Source: Takakia lepidozioides (taxonomy: Eukaryota; Plantae; Bryophyta). Taken from it: DNA of 64,000 nt. This document shows positions 50,521-61,827 of the stretch, one piece after another (position 1 is the stretch's first letter; every line of letters starts with the position of its first letter). The stretch covers positions 45,508,001 to 45,572,000 of the forward strand of contig CM060731.1 in the NCBI GenBank assembly GCA_030704615.1, written 5' to 3'. Both the position numbers and the translations under genes were made by a program. The notes under the pieces are model-generated. The model was not told where the DNA came from. It did no database searches and saw only the letters and a program-made list of their open reading frames with translations.

Positions 50521-53500
50521 TTACTCACACTCAAAATCGGAGTCCACGTCCAGATCCTCGTCAGGCGCTTCGGGCTCCTCCAGAAGTCCCTCTGTGGATG
50601 GGGCAGAAGTAGTGCCCGACTCAAGCTGACGAAGCTCGCTTGAGAAGAGCTCCGTATCAGCTTCCATGCCGAAGAAGTGCCTTCCGGCGCTCTTGCAAGC
50701 ATGAAAACATGCTCCTAAATCCAAGAAGAAGAACGAGAAATAAAAACCGGGTTTTAAGGTCCCATAACACAATGTGAAGGGCCCCACCTGTGCCCATAGA
50801 CAAGTCAACCACTCGTCCACCATGACGGCTGCATGTCTCCACCAAAGTCTGCATGAAAGCTGGAGATTTCTCCCGTGCACCTCTCCAAGGGACACCATTC
50901 GTCCTTTTCATAGTCCGACCCGAGTCGACGTAATTGAAGATAACATCATCCTCCACAGGCTCGCAGGTGGGGTCAATGTGAGCTGCAAGGTCCCTCAACT
51001 GAAACTCAGCAACACCAGCAGGAAGAGTGTCCGTCCGCCTCACCAGGCACAAAGCTTCGAACACTCGTGTCTGTCATTAATCACGAAGAAGAATGAGACA
51101 AGACATAACCCACCATTTTGATTTTACCGGAAAACCACGAACATCAATTGAAAGGAACCAACTCACTTTCTGCCCCGGGAACTCGCCCTTCGTAAGAGGC
51201 AGAGTATTGATGCATGTCCAAGTTTTGATGACACGAAACCCGGAAGCTTTCATGTAGCTGAAAAGAGTTCTTCGAGCCGACATGTCCTTTGACTGCATGA
51301 GAAGAAGAGCCCCCGAGTCCGAAAGGAACTTGTTGCTGAACGAGAAAGCTGCCAGTAACGAGAATCCGATTTGTTCCAAGTCGGGGTCGAATTGGAAGGA
51401 AACACATCAGGGACAGGGAAAACCGTCAGGAATGTCCAGCACCACAAGGTCAGTCGCGTATGCCTGTTGAACTCCATTCACCCATTCCGGACTTTTTGTG
51501 ACCTACAGCCAAAAACATGAGACATTGTAAGAAGCCCAATCCAAATCTAACAGGAGATCAATCCCCTGGACAAGCCACAACAAGCTGCCAAACACAATTA
51601 TTCATACAACAGTTTAGACATAAGTTTTCACCTGAGTGAGGAACGAAACAAGCATGTCCCACGATTTCGAGGGCACCCCTTTGAATGTGGACTTCCTCGA
51701 CTCCATCATTGAAAGAAAACTTTCATTCAGCACCTTACGATTGAACTGGCCCAAAACCCTGGAGGGATGTTCTCTCGCCTCGAAAACTTGCTCCCTGGAC
51801 TTTGAAGTTCTCCTATCCCTCCTTGCGGGAGAAGGCTGTCTTTCAGGAACCTCTGACGGTCCCTGTCCTTGCGGAGCTGCACTTTCCCCTTCCCCTTCGG
51901 ATCCCCGACAACCTTCCCCTTTCGTTTTGGGAGTAGCAGTTTTCTCGGGCTCTTTTGCAGCCAGAGCCGAAATGATTCTGTCCTGGATGTCTTTCTCAGC
52001 CAATGGGGCAATCGCTGCGGCATTGTCGTTCAGGTTTCTCAAAACAACTTCATCGAATGGGGTGTCCTGTTTTGGCAGGTCGAGGTACCACCACAGTCTC
52101 GGAAGTGCGCCCTGCTCCAGTCTTTGGCAATACCAGCCGTGTACATTGTCTTGTCATTGGAGGGGTCAGCCCATGAATAGATGAAGTCTGGGTCATCGCT
52201 AAGGTACTTTCCCGGTATGAGGATATGATACATATACCTGAATCACACACAAAAAACCAGACAGTCATTCGATCAGAAAACGAAAAGAACACACATCCGG
52301 AAAAAGATATTGAAATGCAGGAAGGCAACACTGAGAATTCTACTTTTGAAATCCCGAATCAACCTTGCGTTGACGCAATGTTCATTCGAGCAGAAATGGG
52401 GAACACCAAATGATAATGTTGTATTGATAGAGACAACGACTGAAGCGCAATTCAACATTGCTTCAACAAAGGTTGTTTTTTATTGAGAGGAAATGGAAAA
52501 CACTGCTGAAAACTACCATCAGACTATGTACTGGTGCGGATATTCAACATTGCGTTGGCGCAATGTTGAAATCCTCTGTTGAAACACATGTCAATGGTAT
52601 CTGATAATCATAAGTTTCCTACAATTGTATTGAAATCGGGGGATGGCTGCGGGAAATTTCCAGCAATCCATACCGCCAAACAACCTTGCGTCAACGCAAG
52701 TCTGTTTGTTGGTACATTAAAGTTGAAAATAGCATTTCAAACCGACTCAAACAGTCTTATGTTCATCTTGGCAGCATTGGAACTGGATTTGAACTACCCA
52801 AAACCACAGGAAAAGCTACATAGCCTGCCACTTCATCAACCTTGCGTTGACGCAAGGCTGATTTTCCTATCAGTTTATCCCTTTCACATTCAGAAAAACG
52901 GCATTATGGGATACCCAGGTATAGGTAAGTGAAACCAGGACAATGGGAACAACCTTGCGTTAACGCAATGTTGCTCGACTGCACATGCAGAGCCCTCAGA
53001 GATCTCGCAAAGCACTGCAAATTCGCAATTCTTTATGGAAAGAACGACACAAGATTGCAGAAACATGCCCTTCAAGCACCAATTTTGATTCAAGGAGGTC
53101 ACACCTGTACAACACTCGCTTCATTGCTTGCTCGCTGTTGTACTGGTTTTTGAATTCGTAAGACTGGAGATTCCTTTCTCTTTCTCAAACTCCCTGAAGA
53201 AGCAGTTGTTCCAGACAGCGAGCTTCCATCTCCTGATATAGGCCTCCAGTGTGATCCGGGGGCAAGCCATCTGGATTTTGTAGTCTGCCATCGACTCAGC
53301 AAGTGCAGCCACTGCACGTTTTTCTAACTGCAACAAGAAAGCTCGTAAGAATTTTGGAGAGGTTACGGAGCAAAAAATGTCTGAAAATGGTTTGGTTCAA
53401 ACCTTACCTGGCTCCAGAATGTGGCTTTGTGTAGCCACTGGTCGAATGTGTGGTCGCTAACAACTCTTATTGCTTGTGTCTTCGGGTCCCTCTCTGGAGT

Positions 53501-55749
53501 TGGGAACATGTTCGTGTCTCTCACAAGAGGATCCGAATTCCATATCTCCAACCACCTGATTTTGGTTGCATTGTCCACCATTGAAATGGAAAGGCGATGT
53601 AGTTTCTCTTGAGTCATTTCTGCTTGGAGCCATACTTATCATAGTGTGCTTTCACCTGTTCCAGAAATTCCGTGCCAAGACCTGGGTCTGCTATCCGGAT
53701 CTGTTTGTCGAATGCACTCATGAGGTTCTTCCTTTGATTTTTCATCTCGAACTTCATAATGTCCTCAAGCCCAGTTGCAGACCGCTGCTCTTCTGTGTGG
53801 GAATCATAGTACTCTGCTTTCGCCTCAATCCAGTTTCTGCTATTTCTTGCTGCATACATAACAGGTAAAAAGAATCAAAAATTTCATCACAAAATTTGCT
53901 AACAGGCAAAAGGTGTCAAAAAGCTTACAGTGTACATGTACTCAGAAAAGCCTCCCTTGTCAAGCTGTACCATGTGCTTGTCTCTTCTCAGCACACCTCT
54001 TCATCTGCTGAGGACTGAGCACGTTCATGACTCCAGTGGCATCAGCCCTACCTTCTGGATGCGGAATAGAGTGTGGCACAGATTGGTCGTCACATGAGAT
54101 GTTTCATTGGACCTGGAAAAACCTTCAACTCATAAGATGATTTCAAATTGTCGAAACTAACAGACACAAAGTTGGAAACTTACTTGTTTATGTCGGCATG
54201 TCAAGATGATCCAGGCAAGCAGTCTGTGGTTCCCATCCCAGACAAAAAACATCTTTCCCATGAATGCTTTTGTGGAGGCCTTTTTGGACAGCTTGAACTC
54301 GAACTCCCTGTTTACATCCCGCCAGCATGCATCCCAACCTTGCTCAATGTCCTCTGTTACAAGACACTCCTCTCCTTTCGTGTTCATAGTGGATACGTAG
54401 AACACTGCTGATCCCTTGACATAGCCGTGAACAAAGTCGTTCTTCAACTTCGTTATATCGTTCCTCAAGCCGGTCGAACAGCGGGCATGGAGATCATCCT
54501 GCACAGCGGAATGACCAGGTTCCTCCCGGAACCTCCATCGACAGAATCACCTTCGACGAGTTCACTTTTTGCCCACCAATTATCTCCTCGGCCTTGTCTT
54601 CATAGTTTCCCTCCAATGATCTTCCTCACCTTCACCTTCTGACGCGGCCAAATCTTCCCCTCGGATTTCCTTTTTCTTTTCCTCTGCACAGAATGAATTA
54701 TCTGTGAGTGACAGATTGAGCACCCATGGATCAACATTGCTTTGACGCAAGGTTGATTGATGGGGATGTAGTTTAGACTGAAAAGCATACAGGAAAGACT
54801 TTTCAAGCAAAAAAGTGCTTTGCGTTGACGCAGGGTTCTTTTGGGAGCTTCAACTAATCAACTTTCCCTACCTTACATTTCAGGATATGAGAGATCGGAC
54901 GCCTCCATTGAACAAAAAACTCATCAAAACCAGCCTTGCGTCAACGCAATGTTGATTCATGTGCGGCATCTGTTCGTTTCACTAGAAGTTCTACATACAC
55001 AATGGAGGTAGGCATCAACCTTGCGTTGACGCAAGGTTAGAGCTCTCGGATCGGTGTTGAACAAACACAAAAGCTACAGGAAAAGTTGATTGCTGTCTCT
55101 TCTTCTTCTTCGAACTTGATGATGCGTCGCAAGCATCCATGTCTGTCTAGCTTGATTGTAGAGCAGCATCTGCACTGTTTTCATGCACAATATATACACT
55201 TGGGAGGTCGACTTCAACCTTGCGTTGACGCAAGGTTGATGTCGACCTCAATGCTTAGCAAGAACCAGAAAGAATCAGAGAGAGAGAAAGAGAGTTCATA
55301 GCCACCTCCGGTTTCTTCTTTGCACTTGATGATGCTCCTGACGCATTCAATCTTTCCATTTCGTCTGGAGGTAGCATGCTTCCAAGGAGGTCCCGATGGT
55401 GCGAAACAAGGGCAGACGGCATCGTTTCCGCGTCCGTTTGTTCTCCCTGCTCTTTGAAGACCTGTTTCTCTACTCGCAGTGCTTCCTCCCTAGCCCAGCT
55501 CACTTCCGTCCTCCCCCCTTCTATTGGAGGTTGCTCATCGGTCGCCTCCGGGATCACTTCAAGACCTTCCTCTCCACACTGCGGTTGCAGAATCCTGTTC
55601 TGCCCTTCGTCTTCCTCTACGCCGGTTTCTTCTCCCATTCTAAGTTCCCGTCTCGCCTTCCTCATCCTCTCCTTAGCGCGTGCCCTTTGCTTCTTTGATG
55701 TGAAATAAAGTGTTCTTCGACGCTTGCTTCTCCCTCGGAATGGGGTCAC
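50521..55749 (-). CDS. Spliced cargo gene: ParB/Srx-like domain, helical region, beta-class N4C/N6A DNA methyltransferase-like domain (frameshifted as assembled)
   Basis: In-phase GT-AG introns 50715-50787, 51071-51166, 51503-51631 and 52238-53104, plus further upstream introns. Motifs IPLCRM...VWDGNHRLLAW; DLVVLDIPDG (motif IV position); EKSPAFMQTLVETCSRHGGRVVDLSMGTG|ACFHACKSAGRHFFGMEAD (motifs X-I-II). The 5' end is uncertain. Confidence 0.8.
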
Positions 55750-58700
55750 CGTCTCTGCAGAATCCAGGGTTGCAAAGACAATAACGAGAAGGGAAAAAAG
55801 AGGACTATGGGAGGTTCATCGCAAGGCCTTCAACGCCAAGATGTTCGCTCGCAACGTTCAGTGCGCCACTGACTCATTCCACATGCATGGCGAACACGTG
55901 TCCATCTAATCGTTATGAAATATCGGCGGAGATCATTGGATCCTCATCCATTCAAAAACCGTTGGGGTCTAATCACCTCCCATCTGAAAAAGTTTGTTAT
56001 TCTGGCATGTTCCAGAGGAATGTCAAGTGTGTACAGTTGTACAGCGGTGTGGTGCCGTTAAAATTAAATGGAAATGGGCATCTCTTCTGGCCTCTCTGAC
56101 ATGACAACCAAACGGCGGCTCTGTCAGTCAATCTGTCAACGAATGCACTGGTGGGGCACTTGTGAAAAAACAGTTGGATTCTAGGATTAGGGCTGACATT
56201 ATGACCATGCGCTTGGTTTGCATGGGGAGACATTTCACAGAAGTGGAAACCCGCGTTAGGAGATCTGCAAGCCGGAGCGATACCTGCAATTCTCTGTGAG
56301 GACGCCAAAAACTCCGCTCCCACACAATTTGCATTCACAAGCACGGTCGGACTGTGAAACTCTACTTTCTGAAGCAACATCGACATATGGCCTCCCAGGC
56401 CATGGGCTCCCTTGACGCGGACTTCTTCAGTGAGGACCACCCTGTGCCATTTTCTTACGAGGTGGAAGATGATGGTTTTGCGCTGGTGCATGAACACGTC
56501 CTCGCAACGCAGTTTCGGTTGGAAAATGGAACTCTATTCCTTCAAAGGGAAGTGTACGATGCCAATGGAAAACTGCTCAAGTACGTGTTCCAGAAAACCT
56601 TCGCATACTGCACCAGCCACACAATGGAGAGTGCCTCCAGGCAGATACAGGGTGCTCAGTGCCCCTCTGAGACAGTCTGCAGGATCTTTCTTACTCCTGG
56701 CACGGCAGCATCAGTGGCCCAGGAGAAAACACCCGTGGTTGTCAAGAAGGAGACGAGTACCGTTAACACTGTAGTTGAGCTTTCGGACTCATCCTCCGAT
56801 GACACATGTGCAACCGCCCGTGGATCAGCCATGTCCACCTGTAGAAGCAGATGTGGAGGAGATCACCAGTGTCATTCCTAAACTGAAAGCCATGGAGGGA
56901 TGGCAGGATTCAAGAGTGAGTTGAGGGGGATAGACTGGAGCACTTTCAATATTCAGAGGGTGGCATTCTTGCCGGAATCTTTTGATGGTAATACTGTTTT
57001 CGAGCTGCCTCCTCCTGGTCGCTTGGGGGGCATTTCTAGTCTCCTGGAAGGAATGGACAAAAAGCACGATGGGCACCCTTGGTGCCGCACAAAAACCTCC
57101 AATATTCACAACAACGACAAACTCATATTCAGGCGAACAGTCTGTAATGGGCACCTGAAATGCGAGAACATGAAATGCAGACACTTCGCATTGTCAGGTG
57201 TGCAAAACCAAAGCGAATGGGATGGTGTCAGTGTGAATCCATTCAAGCCTGGGGTGACACCACCATACAGTAACACTTTGTGTGCAAGTTCTGTAGGGTA
57301 CCACCTTGCTGCCTTGCTTTGTGTGGGCGCCAGAATGTATTATGTGGTGCATCGATTCAAAACCCTGACTAGAGCCTGTGTCCATTTCGGTTTTTCACAA
57401 CCACCCTGTGTCCAAGGGGGATTATAGGGAGAGCGTTGACACAGTCTCGCGTCTGATAAGGCAAGAGTTGGATACCAATCCAACTGGAACCACATCTGCA
57501 ATTGCCATGGGGGCGAGCAAGTCCTTTCTGGGAAAGCCGTATTCTGTGTGCATCAAATTCGGTTGGAGGAATACTGGAGGGATCGGCTTTGGACACTGTT
57601 ATGGACCATTTCTCAACTTTGACTTCTCCAAACATTAGGAATCAGGTGAACGCTTTAAGAATGGGCTCTGGGAGCCGAGGTATATGGACAATATTATGGA
57701 TTTGAAGAAAAGGAGCATGTATGACTACATCCAAGACAGCGTTTCCCGGGACAAGGAGCCAGGAAAGTGTTCTTGTTCAAAATGTCCACAAAAGGTGAGG
57801 GCAGCGGGGTCAGCCTGGTTAAACGTATGCAGAAGGGTGGTGATCTTGGCAACTGCTTCCTTATGTTCGATCATGTCAAGAGGGTTAAAGACTGGACCAC
57901 AATGGCATGTCATGTTTACGACCCTGTGTACCAGCGGGTCATGACAATTGCAGTGTGTGACATGCAGTCAGAGGACACAGATTCACAACAGCTCATGTGG
58001 GAAGCTCTCATTCGAGTTATGGCCTCCAATGGTCTCCCATCTCCCAATTTCGTTGGTTTCATGGCCGATAGTGCTCAAGCTAACTTCAACGCTGTCCGCA
58101 TTGTGTTCGGGACGGGAGACCCAAAAGTGCCAATGCCTGGAAGAGAACGTACATGTCTTTTCCATTGGACACAATCCCTGGACAAACACACAAAGACATA
58201 CATCAAGCCAGATATGCAGACTATGCATCGCCAACTGTGCAACCTACAAGGACGCCAAAACTATGGGGGAAGCGAATACATTGTTCCAGACAATTCGTGC
58301 TGGTGGTACTCATCTGGAGCGGCATCGGAGGACAGCATGAGGGCACTGCAAGACTGGTTCGCATTTTGGCACTTCCGTTACCGACAGTGGGGAGCGGCCA
58401 TGACAACGGTGAGTGGTTTGTATTCACCTTCGTTTGGGTGCTTCGGATATATCTTTCAGGGTCCAATCCTAAATATCGGGTTTCTGTTTTTTTCCTTGCA
58501 GCATATGTCCATTGAGGAGATGGCGGACATGCCTTCTTGCAATCTTGCAGAGACAGTGCACAATGCCTGGTTGCAGCAATCCGGCAAAAAAGGGAGAGAT
58601 TTGTATGCGGCGACGGCCGATGACCTCATTCGTGCTCTGCAGCAGCAAACCAGATATAGGTCATTCTTGAGGGGTGGCCTTGGTGGCAAAGGTCCGGACA

Positions 58701-60250
58701 GGAGCGAGTTGATGTTGCGGGCAGCTGGAAGATCAGGGGATCCCAGCAAAATAGCGCGGGCAGTGAGCATATGTGCAGATGGCACCCCTCTCGTGGGAAG
58801 AGTTCCCCATCTGGAAGGCGAAGAGAGATTCGGGTCTTGCAAACGGAAATTGGACACCCCTCCGGATCGGATGCAGATTCCCATAGGCCGGACAGGGTGA
58901 ACTTCTCGACGCCACGTGTTCACTTGGATCAGAGATGGAATTGCGGAACATCCACAGGTGAGGGCTACTCTGGCCCAGACCGGACCCCTGCATCAAGCAT
59001 TGTCACTGCAATGGTTGAAGACCACAACGTGGTGCCGCATATAATCGAGTCCATGGGCTTGGACGAGGTTTGGCATATAGAACGCACAAGTGCTGGATCT
59101 CGTGTGAAATGCGCGGCGATCAGGGCCACCAATCATGAAAAATGTACATCATTAATCTCCAGAGGGAAAGAACGCACTGCAGCTCCTACATTCACGGGTT
59201 TGTTTCTCCCTTACGGACAAGGCGAGGCAAAGAACCACAAGTTTGGTTCTGCGCTGACGATTGTGGAGATGTGTGCATGGTACAGTGAGGCCTTCCGTGG
59301 TAAGGAAGCCTACTCCACCAACCGTGTGGCCTGTGAAGATGGGCACAGGTCTCACTCACGAGAGATTGCAATGCTGGAGAGGCGGGTTTCTCCCTAGCCA
59401 GACATTCCATTGCACGTGAAGGTGCTTCAAGTGGAAGCGGTTCACGGGTACCTCCGCCTGACGCTCACTTGTGGCCAACCAGACGGAACGGGAAGCTTGT
59501 TCGACGATTCCCTCCAACCGCAGAACACTACGGCAAAATTGAGTCCGCCAGAATGCTTCACGCTCGTGTTGCGGGAACAATGGAAGTGCCTGATCCAGGG
59601 TATGGTCGGGTCTTCACCATGATCTCATCCGCATCTGCGCTGCAGGACAGGACGTACGAAATCACTGTTTCCAATTTTCCCAATTGTACATGTCCAGATT
59701 TTGTTGGTATGCTTTCAAGTAGTTTGGGAAAGAGAGGGAAGTTCATACCGTGCAAACACCTTTACTTCGTCTTCTTGAGAAGGATGGTTTGTGATCCAAA
59801 GCGCGACTTCTTCATTCACCAAGCCACTATGAGTTTCAACGAAGTCAACACACTTCTACAGCGGGATACAAGCCCATAAAAATCGGTGTTTTCCTTGACT
59901 ACAACTTGTAATGGAATGACTATTCAAGTCCAGTGACTCTCAATGTATGACGTCAAACATCTTTGCTATGCGTGGGTCAATGCATTTGTCGCATTGGTTT
60001 GTCATCTCTTTTCATTAGCAAACACAAGAAACTACCTTCAGATAGACAGATGATCAAATCAACCTCGTCTCAACACGAGGTTTACTTGAAGTTCTCCAAA
60101 TCCTCCTTGTGTTGACACAAGGATGATTTTAGTTCTCAGAAAACAACATCGTGTCAACACGAAGTTCATTTTTGTTCCAGGAAAACAACCTTGTGTTAAC
60201 ACGAGGTTTTGTTGAAGTTCTCCAAATCCCCCTTGTGTCGACACGAGGTT
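52361..60250. repeat. ~16 dispersed copies of the 22-bp palindrome AACCTTGCGTYRACGCAAGGTT
   Basis: Copies at ~52361, 52455, 52546, 52682, 52838, 52951, 54733, 54817, 54932, 55017, 55216, and a ~42-bp-period run at 60061, 60102, 60145, 60187, 60229. Confidence 0.9.
56387..59879 (+). CDS. MULE transposase with WRKY/GCM1-type zinc finger, DDE core and SWIM finger (frameshifted as assembled)
   Basis: DGHPW...CNGHLKCENMKC...HNHP; FLMFDH (D1), FMADSAQANFNAVRIVF (D2), CLFH (CxxH), CNLAETVH (E); intron 58409-58501; SWIM CTCPDF...CKH. Confidence 0.9.
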
Positions 60251-61827
60251 CATTTCAGTTCTACGAAATGAAGCTCCTGTTAACAGAAGGGTGAACTCCA
60301 GAAGCCCAAAACCCTTCATCCGTTTCACCTTCATGTGGTGAAATCAGCAGTTCGGGGCTCCACGGTTATAGGCCCACCTTCTTTGTGGTGACGTGGCATG
60401 ACCTGGACCAGGCTCACGCCACGTCAGCATCAGCGCCATGTCAGCAGCGTGAGCGTAGGCTCACGCCACGTCATCATTGTGTGAGCGTACGCTCACACGC
60501 TCACGCGCCAGGCTCACGCGGTAGCGTCGTTGCCACGGCATGAAGGCGACGCCAAGCCTGGTTCTGATGGGATATCAGTCTGGTTTGCTGGACTGTTGGT
60601 CTGTAAGGATACAAGTCTGGTGTGGCGTGAGTCTGTTCTTCATTGGACTACTGGGCCGTCACTGCCTACCGAATTCCGAAGTGTCTTCTCTTGTCTTATC
60701 CCCGAAGTCTCTTCTCTCGTCAGTTTGTTGAACCATTGGTCAGCTGGAAGTCCGTCTCTTTGGATATGCCGTGAGTCTGCTGAGCCGTCGGACTGCTGGT
60801 CTGTCCGTCTCTTCTGATATCAGTCAGCTGGACTGTCACAAAGTCAGTCTACTGTGGCGCAAGTCTGTTTGCGCCGGGTCTGTTGATCCGTGATTATTAT
60901 CACGTGTAAGTCTGCGGGACGTGGTTTACGGTTTATTCCCGTATCACCCGGCCGCCTAGGGGATACTTTGTCTTTTGGGATATTAGTCTGTTAGAAATCA
61001 GTCTGTTGTCGCGCAAATTACTCTGCGCCAGTCTCTTCGTCTTTTTGTTGAACCTTCCGTCTGTTGGACTGTCCGTGCAGTGGCATACGAGTCTGTTGTT
61101 GCGCAAGTTTGTTTGCAGTGGGTCTGTTCGGCCGTTATGTCATTAGGTTTCAATCTGCTGGACGCAATAAATGCAGCGACGGCGGTAAGGAAGCTCAGTC
61201 ACGTCGCGGCTTGTCATTTGACTCCGCACCAGACTCCGCACTCACCTTAGTCTCTTCGTCAGTCCGCTTAACCTCAATCGTCAGTCTGTCCTTGCGGTGG
61301 CATATGTGTGTGTTGTGGAGGGTACTGGGTCTGTTCGGCCGTCTTTGTCATCAGGAGTAAGTCTGCTGGACTTGATGAATGCGACGATGGCAGACTAACG
61401 ATAGTCCCACTCATCCCGTCTGCTGGACTGTCCGTGCAGTGGCATACGAGTCTGTTCGTGTAGTGGCATACCGCCAGCACGTGTGAGGGGTCTGCAACTA
61501 TTTAATGCGATGGCGGCCAAAAAGGGGTGCCAGTGAAATCTCGCCACATCACTCCGCACATGCAGGGTCCACTTCCCGCTGGACTTCTTTCGCACTGTCC
61601 ACCTCCCATTGGTCCTTTGTGCATGTTAGGTTTTCGAGGCGCGGACAGTTGCGTGAGCACCGAATCGTCGCAACAACCGCCGCCTATTGCCCGGTGAGCT
61701 TTCCTCTTTGTGCTTTGTGCTTTGTGCTTTGGTTTCTTTCCATTCTCTTTTCCGATCTTCTCTGCTTTCTTATTGTTAGTCTGTCTGTCGCTCATTGCCG
61801 CTGCAGCTCTTGTCTGATTCTGCAGCC

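Larger units (their letters stand above)
49664..60532. mobile_element. Mutator-like (MULE) DNA transposon with amino-methyltransferase cargo (10.87 kb)
   Basis: Direct repeat CCACGGCAT at 49655-49663 and 60533-60541. Imperfect TIRs GGGGAATGCTTGCGCGTGAGCCTGG versus reverse complement CAACGACGCTACCGCGTGAGCCTGG, with GTGAGCC/GGCTCAC subterminal repeats at both ends. Confidence 0.9.

Noticed and set aside
52361-55240. Palindromic repeats with variable spacers as a CRISPR array
   Set aside because: Spacing is irregular (about 85 to 1800 bp), the repeats lie in spliceosomal introns, no cas genes are present, and the context is eukaryotic.
50521-55749. Bacterial or phage contamination explaining the ParB-MTase
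   Set aside because: The gene has multiple in-phase GT-AG introns and sits inside a TSD-flanked MULE nested in plant repeats.
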